From assembly GCF_004010195.1 (NCBI RefSeq), contig NC_057719.1:24701604-24745592 (forward strand): a DNA stretch of 43,989 bases. The letters are read 5' to 3'. The notes below the pieces were generated by a model. That model worked only from the letters and a program-made list of their open reading frames with translations, was not told where the DNA came from and did not search any database. Below, in pieces: positions 12,645 through 24,138 of this stretch (the stretch's first letter is position 1; every line of letters starts with the position of its first letter). The position numbers and the translations under genes are program-made. The stretch comes from Chiloscyllium plagiosum (Eukaryota).

Positions 12645-13050
12645 AATTAAGAATAGGAATAGCTCATTTGACCCCTTGAGCCCTCTCCATCCTTAGATGA
12701 TGGTTGATCTTATAGTAGACTCAACTCTACTTTCCTTCCCTCCCACTTTGATTCCCTTGTCAATTAAGAATCAAATTCAGCCTTAAAAATCATCAATGAA
12801 CCTGCCTCCACTCAGAGTGGAGGAAGAGAAGTCCACAGAGTTAACAACTCTGAGAAAAAGCATTTCTTCTTTCCATCTTAAATAGGAGACTCCATGTTTT
12901 TTCAAATTGTGTCATGTTAGTTCTAGTCTCTCCCACAAGGGGTAACTCTCTCAGCATTCACTCTGTCAAGTTCCCTCAGGCTCTTATTGGTTTTAAAAAG
13001 ATAATCTCTCACTCTCCTAAACTCCAATGAATAAATTCCAACTATTCTAT
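12645..13050 (-). mobile_element. Old CR1-type LINE 3' end
   Basis: Collinear similarity with 15121-15478 and 43150-43560. Confidence 0.75.
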
Positions 13051-13399
13051 CTTTACTTATTATACATTACAAGTACTCATGTATTTATGGTAACATATTC
13101 TTGACCCCCCTCAACCACTGAAAAGTCTGTTTCTTTCTATCTTGCTCCATTCTCTCATACTTTTGAAGATATCTCTCATATTGACCATTATTGTTCTATT
13201 AAAACTTTGCTATTCCTCATATTAGGTTACATCCAAATAAGCCTGCATTGCATCCTCTCTAAAACTAAAAATGCCTTCATATTAATATTAAGCCCAATTT
13301 TCAGACAGATGAGGTCAGTAGCCAAATTTTCCAACCCATTCCCACTTCATAGTGATGGATTGCAAGATCATAAGAGCTGAAACAGAATTTTTAACATAC

Positions 13400-13489
13400 C
13401 TTCAATTTGGTCAGTGTGTGCATATCAGCGATAAAGTCTAGCAGTTCACTTACATACTGTCGCATGCATTCCATTGCTGCCGTTGTGTA
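13400..13489 (-). CDS. unc79: unc79 coding exon: YTTAAMECMRQYVSELLDFIADMHTLTKLK
   Basis: CTTGCAG acceptor, AAG|GTATGT donor; 90 nt = 30 codons. Confidence 0.94.
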
Positions 13490-13804
13490 CTGCAAGAGTT
13501 AATAAAGAGATGTACATTATCAAAAACTACAAAACAAATTTTGTTTCATAAAGTGTCAGATTGGTGTTTCCGTAATGAAAGTATTAATTTATGACTTAAA
13601 CAATTACAAAGGCAAATTTGATATCAGCTATTGTACACACAGAAAATATATAATTTGTAATAATTATATAAAATGTTAAAATTCTTAAACAATACACAAT
13701 TTTCAAATTAAATATGTATCAGGATATGTAAAGTAACAGTACATCTTATCCTTATCTGCACTGCTTCCCCCATTGCTATTTGCACCCAGCACCAACTCCA
13801 CACC

Positions 13805-14190
13805 CAATAGCTCAATGGTGACATGCCCATTTCTGAGTCCTAATTTAAACCTAACTTAAGCTGACAATTAATTCACATACTGAAGAGACAGCTGAACTAT
13901 TAAAGGTATCCTTCACATGTTAAACTGATTCTCTGTCGACCCTTTCCGGGCTGCATTATATCTCTTGATACTTTTCAAGAAGGAGCAGAACAATCCAGCT
14001 GGTGTTCTCTCAATATGTATTCCTGAATTGGCATCAATGAAACACATTATTTGGCCATCTTTGTCTTGATTTTTTATGGCACCAACTGCATACATATTAG
14101 CTGTGACATTGCTGTACATTGCACAAATGATTGTACTTCACTTGCTGTGAAACATTATGGTATGCCTTGAAAGGTGATTCATATCTGTAA
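13805..14190 (+). mobile_element. Ancient DeuSINE (SacSINE1/AmnSINE1-like), heavily diverged
   Basis: Decayed tRNA head (TAGCTCAATGGT...TCTGAGTC), Deu-domain-like GTTAAAC...TTCAAGAAGGAGCAG...GGTGTTCT...CAATAT...ATTATTTGGCCAT and tail GTACTTCACTTGCTGTGAAACA...TGAAAGGTG. Confidence 0.6.
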
Positions 14191-15120
14191 GTTATGCTAC
14201 CTTGTTAGTCCTTCACTACAGCGCTACAAGAATGCACCAGTTTCCATCAACTTGAATTGGGAACATTTACATTAGGATTCTTCCTGTCATCACCAAAGTC
14301 ACTACACACCAGTTGACAGATGAATATATCTAGCGGGTCAGGATTTCAACAAGCCACACCCGCAGCTACCTAGCGAAGAATGTCAGATAAAAGCCTGCAA
14401 AACTCAGATTTCCACCAAAGTTAGGGATTAAATCCACACTTTCTGAATGAAGAGCAAACCTTTAGATATATTAAGTTTAAGTCATTGAGGTAATGCAATA
14501 AGATGAAATAGAATGATTGTATTAGCACTTTAATAAACTAGTTTTCTTCTCTATTTAATAAATAGACACATACGTTACATAATTTATATCAATATTATTT
14601 CACTTTTGTATTATCAAATGTACTAGTACTACTTAGTAATTCTGAACTATGTACATTCACATTATGCGAGCTGGAACATAACCTTTTGCTGTGGTTCAAT
14701 AAACTGTTCTAGTTCTGCTTTTGTGAGTTAAAATTTTGTTACATATCCAAGCATATTAATTGGTTTACATTACAATTGTTTAAGATAGAAAACAAAAGAA
14801 TCCAGTGTACCATCCCTTAAAATACCATTTTTCTGTCAAATCAGAAATACTCTTTTCATAAATGTTGTAACCCTCCCTTACTCTCTCAGAACAGAATTGA
14901 AGTTTTGGTTTAAGAAAGTAAGCACACGTATTACATTCCATAAAGATACATTGGCTGGTTCAATAAACAATACTGTGGAAACCTCATACATAAAATGTCC
15001 AAAACTTTGATCAAACTTCTTATTTTAAGGGAAGAAATGTATAAAATTAAATGTTGGAATATGGGTTAGTTGACTGTATAAGGCAAACTGAGGACATAAT
15101 AATCACAGGAAAACAAAATA

Positions 15121-15557
15121 AGACCATAAGACCATAAGACATAGGAGTGGAAGTAAGGCCATTCGGCCCATCGAGTCCACTCCGCCATTCAATCATGGCT
15201 GATGCGCATTTCAGCTCCACTTGTCAGCGTTCTCCCCGTAGCCCTTAATTCCTCTAGACAACTTGAATCTATCAATCTCGGCCTTGAAGACATTTAGCGT
15301 CCCGGCTTCCACTGCACTCCATGGCAATGAATTCCACAGGCCCACCACTCTCTGGCTGAAGAAATGTCTCCGCATTTCTGTTCTGAAATGACCCCCTCTA
15401 ATTCTAAGGCTGTGTCCACGGGTTCTAGTCTCCTCATCTAACGGAAACAATTTCCTAGCATCCACCTTTTCCAAGCCATATTCTAAGGCTGTGTCCACGG
15501 GTCCTAGTCTCCTCGTCTAACGGAAACAATTTCCTAGCATCCACCTTTTCCAAGCCA
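15121..15557 (-). mobile_element. Young 5'-truncated CR1-type LINE with (TCTTATGG)n tail
   Basis: ORF 15211..15498 ..RTRGHSLRIRGGHFRTEMRRHFFSQRVVGLWNSLP is the CR1 ORF2 C-terminus; 8-bp tail repeat at 15121-15140. Confidence 0.92.
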
Positions 15558-15764
15558 GTTAATAGGCTTATTTATGTAATTATGTACAATTGCAGTGTAA
15601 ATCAAGTGGTACATGGAGCAAATTACATTAAATAGTTCAGTTTAAAATGCTTTATGCAATTCAACTCCGAAAGTGCTATTATCATACTTTTCATGATTTT
15701 TGGTTCCATAAAACCTCAGAAACAAATGAAATTGACCACACAAGCTCCAAATGTCAGGACAAGA

Positions 15765-16510
15765 AAAAAATCATACAATCATGGAAATTCTATGACAGAC
15801 TAAGAAGTCATTGAGCTTATTGCATCCATGCTAATTAGCAAAAAGCTACACAGTACAATCTCACCTCTCTGTATTTGGACAATAGCCCTGCAAATCATTG
15901 TTATTCAAGTTGACCTCCAAATACATATTGAATATGGTGAGAGCTTTTCCCAACCATCCTTTCAGGCAGTGAGGTCCAACTCCTTACTGCTCTCCGAATT
16001 AAAAAGGTTGCCTCATCTCCCCTCTAATCCTTCTATCAATTACCTTAAATCTGTGCTACAAGATTTTTGATATCCCTTCAGTTAATAGGCCATCCCTATT
16101 TATCTAAGCCCATCATAAGCGTTTAAATCACCCATCATGGTTTTAAAAGTTACTTTTGAGGTTTCCCTGCTCCCAAGCCTACCCAATCTTTTCTCACTGT
16201 TAAAATTTTCCAGTCCTGACAGCATCCTTGTAAATCCCTGGCACTCTTTCCAGTGTAATCACATCTCTTCTGAAATGTGGCAAGCAAAACTGTATGGTGT
16301 ACTCAAGCTGTGGTCTAACTAGTGATGTAAATAAACATAATGCTCATAAGCTGGCTGCTCTTGTAAATAGTTCCTCGGTCCCTCCATATAACTCTCATTT
16401 TTTGCATGTTCCTATCACAAGTCACAGCTTTCAAATGCATTACCTCACACTTCTTTCCCAGGTTGAATTCCAGTTTCTGGTTTTCTGTCTAACATACCAG
16501 GCCATCTGCA
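15765..16510 (-). mobile_element. Old CR1-type LINE fragment
   Basis: Minus strand TTAGACCACAGCTTGAGTACACCATACAGTTTTG (RPQLEY..QF) plus a decayed 3' end. Confidence 0.65.
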
Positions 16511-18825
16511 TATTTTCTAAAGAGCTGTTTGACTATTACCTCACTCTCTTTTTGGCTCTTATTGTTTTTGTTTTAATTCAAAGCTGTAACAAACACTCTG
16601 AATACTATCTGAAGCATCAAAGTTTTCTTCGCTTCTATAAAAAATGTTTGTGATAATTACTTCTCAAGCTTTTGTCTGTTGTATAATTATAATATTTATA
16701 TGTTATAATATACTATGAAAAATTCTAGAAGATAATTACAGTAATATCAATATTATTTTATTATCAATGAATCAAAATTATGCACATATCTTAAATAGTT
16801 AATTTATTAACTTTAAAATAATCTGTTTTCATTACACCTTCATTTCAGATGTGTATGCAAGCATTAATTTGACTTTGTCCTTTAAGGCTCACTAGCTGCT
16901 GCAATTTTTCAAAAGGCCATCCATGTCACCTTTGTTGACAAAGTGCTGAAGAAAAGTTGGCAGCCCTCATGCTCAAACTGTACATGGTTTTCAGAAATGT
17001 CAGCAGTAATTTAAGATTGCATGCCAGTGAGTATCATCAGGTGAGCTATTCATCCTTACCTAAGATGTCACGATATTCAAGTATGATGAGAAATCCAGAC
17101 TACATTTTCAAACTATTATTTAACTGACATTAAGTAGATAATCTTAAGCACCCCCAAGATGTCTCAGCCAAGGATATAAATAGATAAATGTTGTGAAAGA
17201 TTAATAATTCTTTAATTTGAAAAAAAACCCATTGTAAATATCAACACCATGCTTTATCTTTCTTCCAATAAGTGTCCTTACTGCTTTGTTCAAAATCCAA
17301 TTCCTGCAAATATGATATACATGAATCAAGTCCTGTCACATCATCATTTTTAAATAGTTTTAAAGCTTTTTAGAAGGCAAAATCCTTTCTCCCCCAAATC
17401 AGTTGAATAGCAGAGATGGTAGCTTCAACATTTAAGTTCACATCGATCATAATGAAATAACATGCAAGCGTTTTCTTTTAATGATACAAAACAGTTTCCC
17501 AAATAGTTTTGACATTAATTTAGCACAGAATTAATTTTGTGGTCAGACCTTCTAATCATTTCACTTGAAAAACCTGCTACTCTTAAACAATTCCACAAAA
17601 GTTAACAGAGTTGTGTTCATGATAGACTGTGGTCTCTCTGTGCACATTTCAGACAGATATCTCAAAATGCTTGACAGTCAATGATAAACTGAAGGTTTCC
17701 CTCTCTACTATATGGTATCACGTCTGCTTTACTGTTTAGTTTTTGAAGTAGTACCTGACTGATTCCTCCATTGCTGATTTGTCTTCGTGAAGAAGGACAG
17801 CCCCCTACCCAATTCACTCATATCATGGCTACTTTAAATGTGTGATTAAAGTTTGTAATTGCATGTGAGGCTCAACTAAATCAACTCAACTATTCAAAAG
17901 CTGTTAGCACTCCTCAGTTCATAATACAGCAAGTTTCATTTTAACCGGCTCTATATGAACCAGTGATAAACTGGCAAAAATTATAGACTTCAAATATTGA
18001 GAAATTTATATTATTCTGTCCAACTATTACAGTTTTTCATTTATTTACATCAATCTAAATATACTTGTTGTTCAATCAAATGGCCACATGAAATATCAAC
18101 AGCTGATTCAATTCTGAGTCAATTTCTCCTCAAATATGATGATCTACCACAATATCCAAGTAGTCAGTTGAAGATGTGAGTAACAAGGCTCTCTGCCAGT
18201 AAGTTTTATTTAAGGCAAAGTTTTATTATCATTTAAGTAATGTATGCTGTAAATAAAGCGTAACAGTGAATTGCATACCCCTGCATTACCTTTCTGTTAC
18301 TTACAGTGTGTTTTACCTTGATTATGTGGACCGTCTGATTATCTGAAATATTTGATCAACTGGCATGCTCTTTGTCCTACAGATCACTATTTATAAAAAT
18401 TTGCTGGACCTTTATTTTTCTGTAACAGGTTTGTCAACAGCTGAGCTGCTGTGCTGACGTTTGGGACGAATTTGCAATATAATTCAAACACTTCAAGAAC
18501 TTCTTGATTTCCCATTTTGTTCTGGGAATATGGAACTGTACTAATGTTTGTACCAACAGTCTTGTGCAGTACTCGTTCTCAATCCACTATTCAGCCTACA
18601 TAGGTCACTTAAGCCTTAATTAATTCACTCTTTGCAAGAATGGTCCCCTGGTGAGCTAACTCTATTTTCTAAAAGAGCACTCCTTGTTTTCCCAGGTGTT
18701 GTGCTGCACTAAGAGGCTAGCTAGGAATATTCATCTTACTTTGGAAGATGGCTGGGCATTTCAGAGTCCAAATGATAGGACTTGACATTGGTAATACCCA
18801 CATGGAGTTTAGAAAACACAGGTGG

Positions 18826-19097
18826 GGAGGGATGGCACAGTGGCATTGTTGCTGGACTAGTAATCCACAGACTAGGTAATGTTTGGAACTTCAGGTTTGA
18901 ATCCCACCGTGGCAGTTGATAGAATTGGAATATAATAAAAACGTCTGGAAATGAAAGTCTAACAATGACCATGAAAACACTGTTGATGTCATTAAAAATC
19001 CATTTCATTCACTAATGCCCTAAGGGAAGGAAAACTGCTGACCTTATCTCGTCTGGCCTACATTTGACTCCAGATCCAGCATAATGTGATTGACTCA
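18826..19097 (+). mobile_element. tRNA-headed SINE-like element, same family as the head at 8745-9015
   Basis: A box TGGCACAGTGG (18833), B box GGTTTGAATCCC (18894); shared GACTAGTAATCC, TGACCATGAAA, ACTAATGCCCT..GG, TGACTCCAGATCC..TTGACTC blocks. Confidence 0.8.
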
Positions 19098-19144
19098 ACA
19101 CGGATGAGAGACTCAACACTTGGCAAAGGAAATAAAAATGACAA

Positions 19145-19242
19145 ATTCAAAAACAAGCAGGAAGTGCTGGAGAAATTCAGCAGTCTAGCAGCATCTGTAG
19201 AAAAAAAATCAGAGTTACCGTTTCGAGTCCAGGGACCCTTCG
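19145..19242 (-). mobile_element. Penelope-like terminal-repeat (pLTR) fragment
   Basis: Minus strand GAAGGGTCCCTGGACTCGAAACGGTAACTCTG...CAGATGCTGCTAGACTGCTGAATTTCTCCAGCAC resembles the PLE end at 24109-24236. Confidence 0.6.
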
Positions 19243-20504
19243 CCATAACTTCAGACCTGGGATCTCAATCAGATATTTCACTTTCCTGAGCTTCTTTGCT
19301 ACTATCTATAGGCTACTGGACCAGGTTTTTAAAGGTTAATCTGTCATCAGTAGCAGCACTAACACATAGCTTTCAGCCAAGAGACTATCAGTCATGGCAT
19401 GTTTGTCTGCCTGTTTTTACATCATTCTCCAAGAGATTTTTCAAATATTCTCAGGCCACTTCACAAACTCGGGAGAGATGCTCTGTAGTTTACCTTGTCT
19501 GAATGCATTAAAAAGCTCCCCTTAATTAGCTTCAGAAAGTCTTGTGCACAGTGCCGAAACTAATTCAAATAGAACAAAACCAGTGGACTCATTGGGTGAG
19601 TTCTTTATTCAGGTCCTTTGTGTACTCCTGCCCTGATCATTATTTTTAGGGTCTTGTATTAGTACTCTTTCTTTCCTCGTTACAGTGGCTGCACAGTGAA
19701 GATGTCTGTTGGGGGGTCACACTGGTTAGCCAGACATTTTGAGCCCTCATCTGACTGGATCTTATTTGACAGAATGTACTGATGAAGAACTGGATCAATT
19801 CCCTCACCAATGCTGTGGCAGATACAATTCCCTGGGGAACAGACTCTGAGAAATGGGTATTTGCATCCATGATGTTAAGGATATTCTGGTAGCCCAGTTT
19901 TGCTTCGGACAGAGTTCTTGCTGACTGTTTCTGCAAAAGTTGAAACAGGAATCATAAATGCACATCTTACTGCAGGTTGGGGTCTTCCCACGGAATGGCA
20001 GGTTCTGACAAAACCTCATCTTTGGGGAGCTATCACCAGTAAAAATGTTGATGATGTGGGCTTGGATGTCACGTTCACCAACATGTCCAGCCAGTGAATT
20101 TCATGAGCTGGCTGCAATATATCCTTATAGGATCTTGATGGTGTGAATCCTGATTGATCACTGTCCACACCTTGTTTGCAGGTCTGTCAGGGTGATCTCC
20201 ATTTCCTCATTAGAACCTTACTTTAAAAGCCTTCAGTACTGTTTTTATCTCCGCTTCAGCGTGAGCAGTCTGAGCTAGTGTTTTTAATAATTTGTGGGGC
20301 TGTTACCAAGGAAGTTCTTGGTGGTCTTCTAGACTCCCACAAATTATTTCAAATAGCCAGACTGGAGAGTCTTCAGTTTGCAGTGCCACCTTAGCCTGCA
20401 GTGGTGGCCATCAGTCAGGGTGGTTGCTCTGTCTCCTTGATGGTGTCAGGTCTCTCTGAGACCACTCTGGATGCTATTATCTTTGATGCATTAGGTCATT
20501 ATGT

Positions 20505-20920
20505 AAATTCTCACTTTGGAAATAGAACCAGTCTGACTCAAGGTTGGAATACAAACAGACTCTAACCTCACACCTTTAATGTATTGTCTGAGCTGAGATA
20601 TCAGTTTTATAAAATCTTAAGTTATCTCAGGAATGTGACTTGAAAGAAGTTCTGGGATTTATATATTAATGAATTGAAATCTGCAACACATTCTAAGTGA
20701 TTAAAGACTTAACAGTAATCTAGGTTTGTTCAATACATTGCATCAGTTGTATAGTACTTTGATCTTTTACTATAAATTCTGTGCCCTATGCTCCAGCTGA
20801 CGAAGGAGCGGCGTTCTGAAAGCTAGTCTTCCAAATAAACCTGTTGGACTATAACCTGGTGTTGTGTGATATTGTTTTAACTTTGCCCACCCCAGTCCAA
20901 CACTGGCACCTCTACATGAT
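20505..20920 (+). mobile_element. Penelope-like pLTR-type repeat (second family) with hammerhead motif
   Basis: Homologous to 39332-39535 and 40377-40665; carries CTGACGA..GAAAGCTA. PLE assignment inferred from the motif and inverted architecture of the sister copy. Confidence 0.65.
20795..20827 (+). ncRNA. Minimal hammerhead motif
   Basis: CTGACGA-A-GGAGC-GGC-GTTCT-GAAA-GCTA; stem II has two G:U pairs. Confidence 0.55.
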
Positions 20921-20924
20921 GTTG

Positions 20925-21205
20925 AAATGCATAGAGTAGCGGTAGATAGATTAAAGTTGGATCAGAGGAAATTTGAATTTCAAGAAAGAAAGAGAGAAAT
21001 TCAAAATACTGAGACAGCAAGAAAGAGAACTTTAGGGAAAAGCAAACATAACCAGGAGTGTAAACTAAGAGAGCTCAAGTGGAGGAAAAGTTGGCCTTAC
21101 CACCTTCCCTGAAGGCAACATTGCACAGCGAACTTGATTTTCCCAATTACTACCTAAGTTTGATGAAGCAGAGGTGGAAGACTTCTTTATGTCTTTGGTG
21201 AAGAG
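20925..21205 (+). mobile_element. Gypsy gag-like fragment
   Basis: E/K/R-rich coiled-coil stretch (DRLKLDQRKFEFQERKRE) followed by QLLPKFDEAEVEDFFMSLVK, like the vertebrate Gypsy gag motif PxFxExxVxxFFxxFE. Confidence 0.6.
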
Positions 21206-21269
21206 CACCTTATACATAGAATTTTTTAAAAGTGTATTACCTAAATTTCTCTGTTGCAGTTTCATTATT

Positions 21270-21720
21270 ATTCATTCACAGAATGTGGGCATCTTTGACA
21301 ATTTAATGCCCATTTCAAGTTGACCTGAGAGATGGTCAGCTGCCTCTATGAATCACTGCAGACTAGATGCACATACGCAGTGCTATTAGGGAAGGCCTTT
21401 CAGCATTCTGACCCAGTGACAGTGAAGAACTGGCAGCATACTTCCAAGTCAGGACTATGTGTAGCTCAGAGGTGAACCTGAAGGTGTGGTGTACCATGGA
21501 TCTATTGACCTTTTGAGGTGGCAGCAGTCACAGAGCTGTAAGGTGCTCTGTAAGGAGCCTTGGTTAGTGGCTGTAGATTTTCTTGTGAATGGTACACACT
21601 GTTGCCATTGCACATGCATGGTGAAGATGGTGAATGTTGAAGGTGTTAGATGGGGTGCCAATCAAGCGGCATGTTTGCCCTGGATGGTGTCATGCTTCAT
21701 TAATGTTGTTGAAGCTGCAC
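21270..21720 (-). mobile_element. 5'-truncated LINE 3' portion (family of 10336-10606)
   Basis: Reverse complement of the 10336-10606 / 35635-35830 tail plus upstream coding remnant. Confidence 0.7.
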
Positions 21721-23298
21721 CCTGACCACCACATCAGGGATTCCAAAATCCCTGATGTAGTGGTCAGGGTGCCATTAGAATGACTCACAGGCCTTTTAGT
21801 AGCCAATTATTAGTCTTCTTAACCATCCAATCCTATGCCTAGGGCATTATCCCTGTGTCAGGATAAGGCCACCTTTGTCAAGTAGCCTGGCAGTTTTATC
21901 AGAGGGACACCACAATCTCCCAACTCAATGCCAAGGTCACCCCACCTCAGAAGTCTTGAACACCACATGCCCTTCTGACAGCTAAGACTGAGATATCACA
22001 ATATGGGCTCTAGAAGTGCTGGGAGTGTCTGTAGTCCCAGCACTGACCATTGCGCCAGTGGCACTGCTGAAAATATGAAAGTGCCTGCCATCCACTAACC
22101 ATCATGCTTCTCTAAGGCTGAATTTTATCTGAAGAAACAAGGGCACAAGTTCTATCTCCAATCACTTAATGCTGCTCACAGCATTGAATGGCTGTGAGGC
22201 AGCCATCAGAATTGTGAGCTCCTGCCCACATCAACCCCCCCCCCCCTCCCCCGCCATTTTAGTGGTTGATAGGGAAAACTGAAAGATCCAATGATGTGGA
22301 AACCAAAGCCTTCCCCAGTGTTTCTTAACTGAAGTGCTGCATTGTCACATTTGAGAGCTAGTTTTGAATATGATAAAAATCACAGGAGCTCTTACATTAA
22401 GAACATTATAGTAGATAGAGCAGTATAACACAGAAAACCTTCAGTCCACCATACCTCTACTAACCACGTCATTCTAAACTAATCCCATCTACCTGAACAT
22501 GGACTGTATACCTCTATTCCCTGCCTGCTCACATGCCTGTCTAAATGCTTCTTAAACTTTGCTATCAAATCTGCTTCTACCACCTCCTGGTGGCAGTGCA
22601 TCCCAGGCACCTACCACCATCTGTGTAAATATTTTCCTTGCCCATCTCCTAGAAACTTCCCCCCTCTCATCTTAAATCAATGTTTCCTAGTATTTGAGAA
22701 TTCCACCCCAGGAAAAAGACTTTGACTATCCAGCATATTCATGCCTCTCAATTTTATACACGTCTATCAGGTCACCTCTCATTCTCCGTCTCTCTGACAA
22801 AAATAAACCAAGTCTGTCCAACCTGTTCTTATAGCGAATACACTCCAATCCAGGCAACATCCTGCTCAACCTCTTTTGCACCCTTTCTATGTCCTCCACA
22901 TTCTTCTTATAGTGTGGTGGCCAGAACTGCACACAATATCCCACATGTACCCTAACTAAAGTTTTAGTAGCTGCACATGACTTATCAACTTATCCACCTC
23001 GTGCTCCCGCGAGGAGGTTGAGCAATTCTTCCCACCTCGTGCTCCCGCGAGGAGGTTGAGCAAATCATCAACTTCACCAACACATTCCACCCTGACTTTT
23101 ACAAACCCGACTCCCACAGCTACCTGGATTACACCTCTTCCCACCCTATCTCTTGCAAAAATGCCATCCCGTATTCTCAATTCCTCCGCCTCCACCATAT
23201 CTGCTCCCAGGAGGACCAGTTCCACCATAGAACACACCAGATGGCCTCCTTCTTTAGAGACCGCAATTTCCCTTCCCACGTGGTTAAAGATGCCCTCC

Positions 23299-23592
23299 GG
23301 GGGATCCAAGATGGCGGCGACCCAGTAAGACTGAGTCTATAGTGCTCCCCCCAAGACTTGGGCACAGTGGGTCACCTACCCCATACCAAGCTCACCAAAT
23401 CATTTATAAATCATTTTTAACAGTTTAGTAACTCAATTAGTTGTGCAATATTATATTTAAGCAACTTTATCCTAAGTTAAAATGACTAAAGGGAAGGGAG
23501 CCCGCAGCTCTCAGCAAGCAGGAACCCCTCCCCCACACTCTCCAGCTGCAGCAGAGGCGTCCACAGCCGCCCCGGGGGACTTACCAACAGTA
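23299..23592 (+). mobile_element. Probable L1-clade LINE 5' end (5' UTR + ORF1 start) running into the gap
   Basis: Starts GGGGGATCCAAGATGGCGGC (YY1 motif 23307-23318, as at L1 5' ends); ATG at 23482 gives MTKGKGARSSQQAG...; abruptly interrupts the PLE frame. Confidence 0.6.
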
Positions 23593-23955
23593 NNNNNNNN
23601 NNNNNNNNNNNNNNNNNNNNNNNNNNNNNNNNNNNNNNNNNNNNNNNNNNNNNNNNNNNNNNNNNNNNNNNNNNNNNNNNNNNNNNNNNNNNNNNNNNNN
23701 NNNNNNNNNNNNNNNNNNNNNNNNNNNNNNNNNNNNNNNNNNNNNNNNNNNNNNNNNNNNNNNNNNNNNNNNNNNNNNNNNNNNNNNNNNNNNNNNNNNN
23801 NNNNNNNNNNNNNNNNNNNNNNNNNNNNNNNNNNNNNNNNNNNNNNNNNNNNNNNNNNNNNNNNNNNNNNNNNNNNNNNNNNNNNNNNNNNNNNNNNNNN
23901 NNNNNNNNNNNNNNNNNNNNNNNNNNNNNNNNNNNNNNNNNNNNNNNNNNNNNNN
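23593..23955. other. Assembly gap (363 N)
   Basis: Run of N. Confidence 1.
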
Positions 23956-24106
23956 GCTCCTTTTCCACCTATCCACTCCACCCTCCCCTCCCTGACCTAT
24001 CACCTTCATCTCCTCCCCCACTCACCCATTGTACTCTATGCTACTCTCTCCCCACCCCGACCCTCCCCTCGCTTATTTCTCCACGCTTCAGGCTCTCTGC
24101 CTTTAT

Positions 24107-24138
24107 TCCTGATGAAGGGCTTTTGCCCGAAACGTCGA
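24107..24138 (+). ncRNA. Minimal type I hammerhead-ribozyme motif
   Basis: CTGATGA-A-GGGC-TTTT-GCCC-GAAA-CGTC: intact core boxes, 4-bp stem II, palindromic ACGT stem III, GUC cleavage triplet. Confidence 0.75.

Noticed and set aside
14200..14460. LF-SINE-like element on the minus strand (similar faint SINE relics at about 38480-38790 and 42330-42460)
   Set aside because: Only a decayed B-box-like sequence is visible; family cannot be supported.
16844..17041. C/D-box snoRNA on the minus strand (CTGATGA...CTGA)
   Set aside because: C box is non-canonical, spacing is about 190 nt and I see no terminal stem.
19640..20480. GC-richer stretch with overlapping short ORFs, possibly an old LINE
   Set aside because: I could not match convincing RT or endonuclease motifs; left unassigned.
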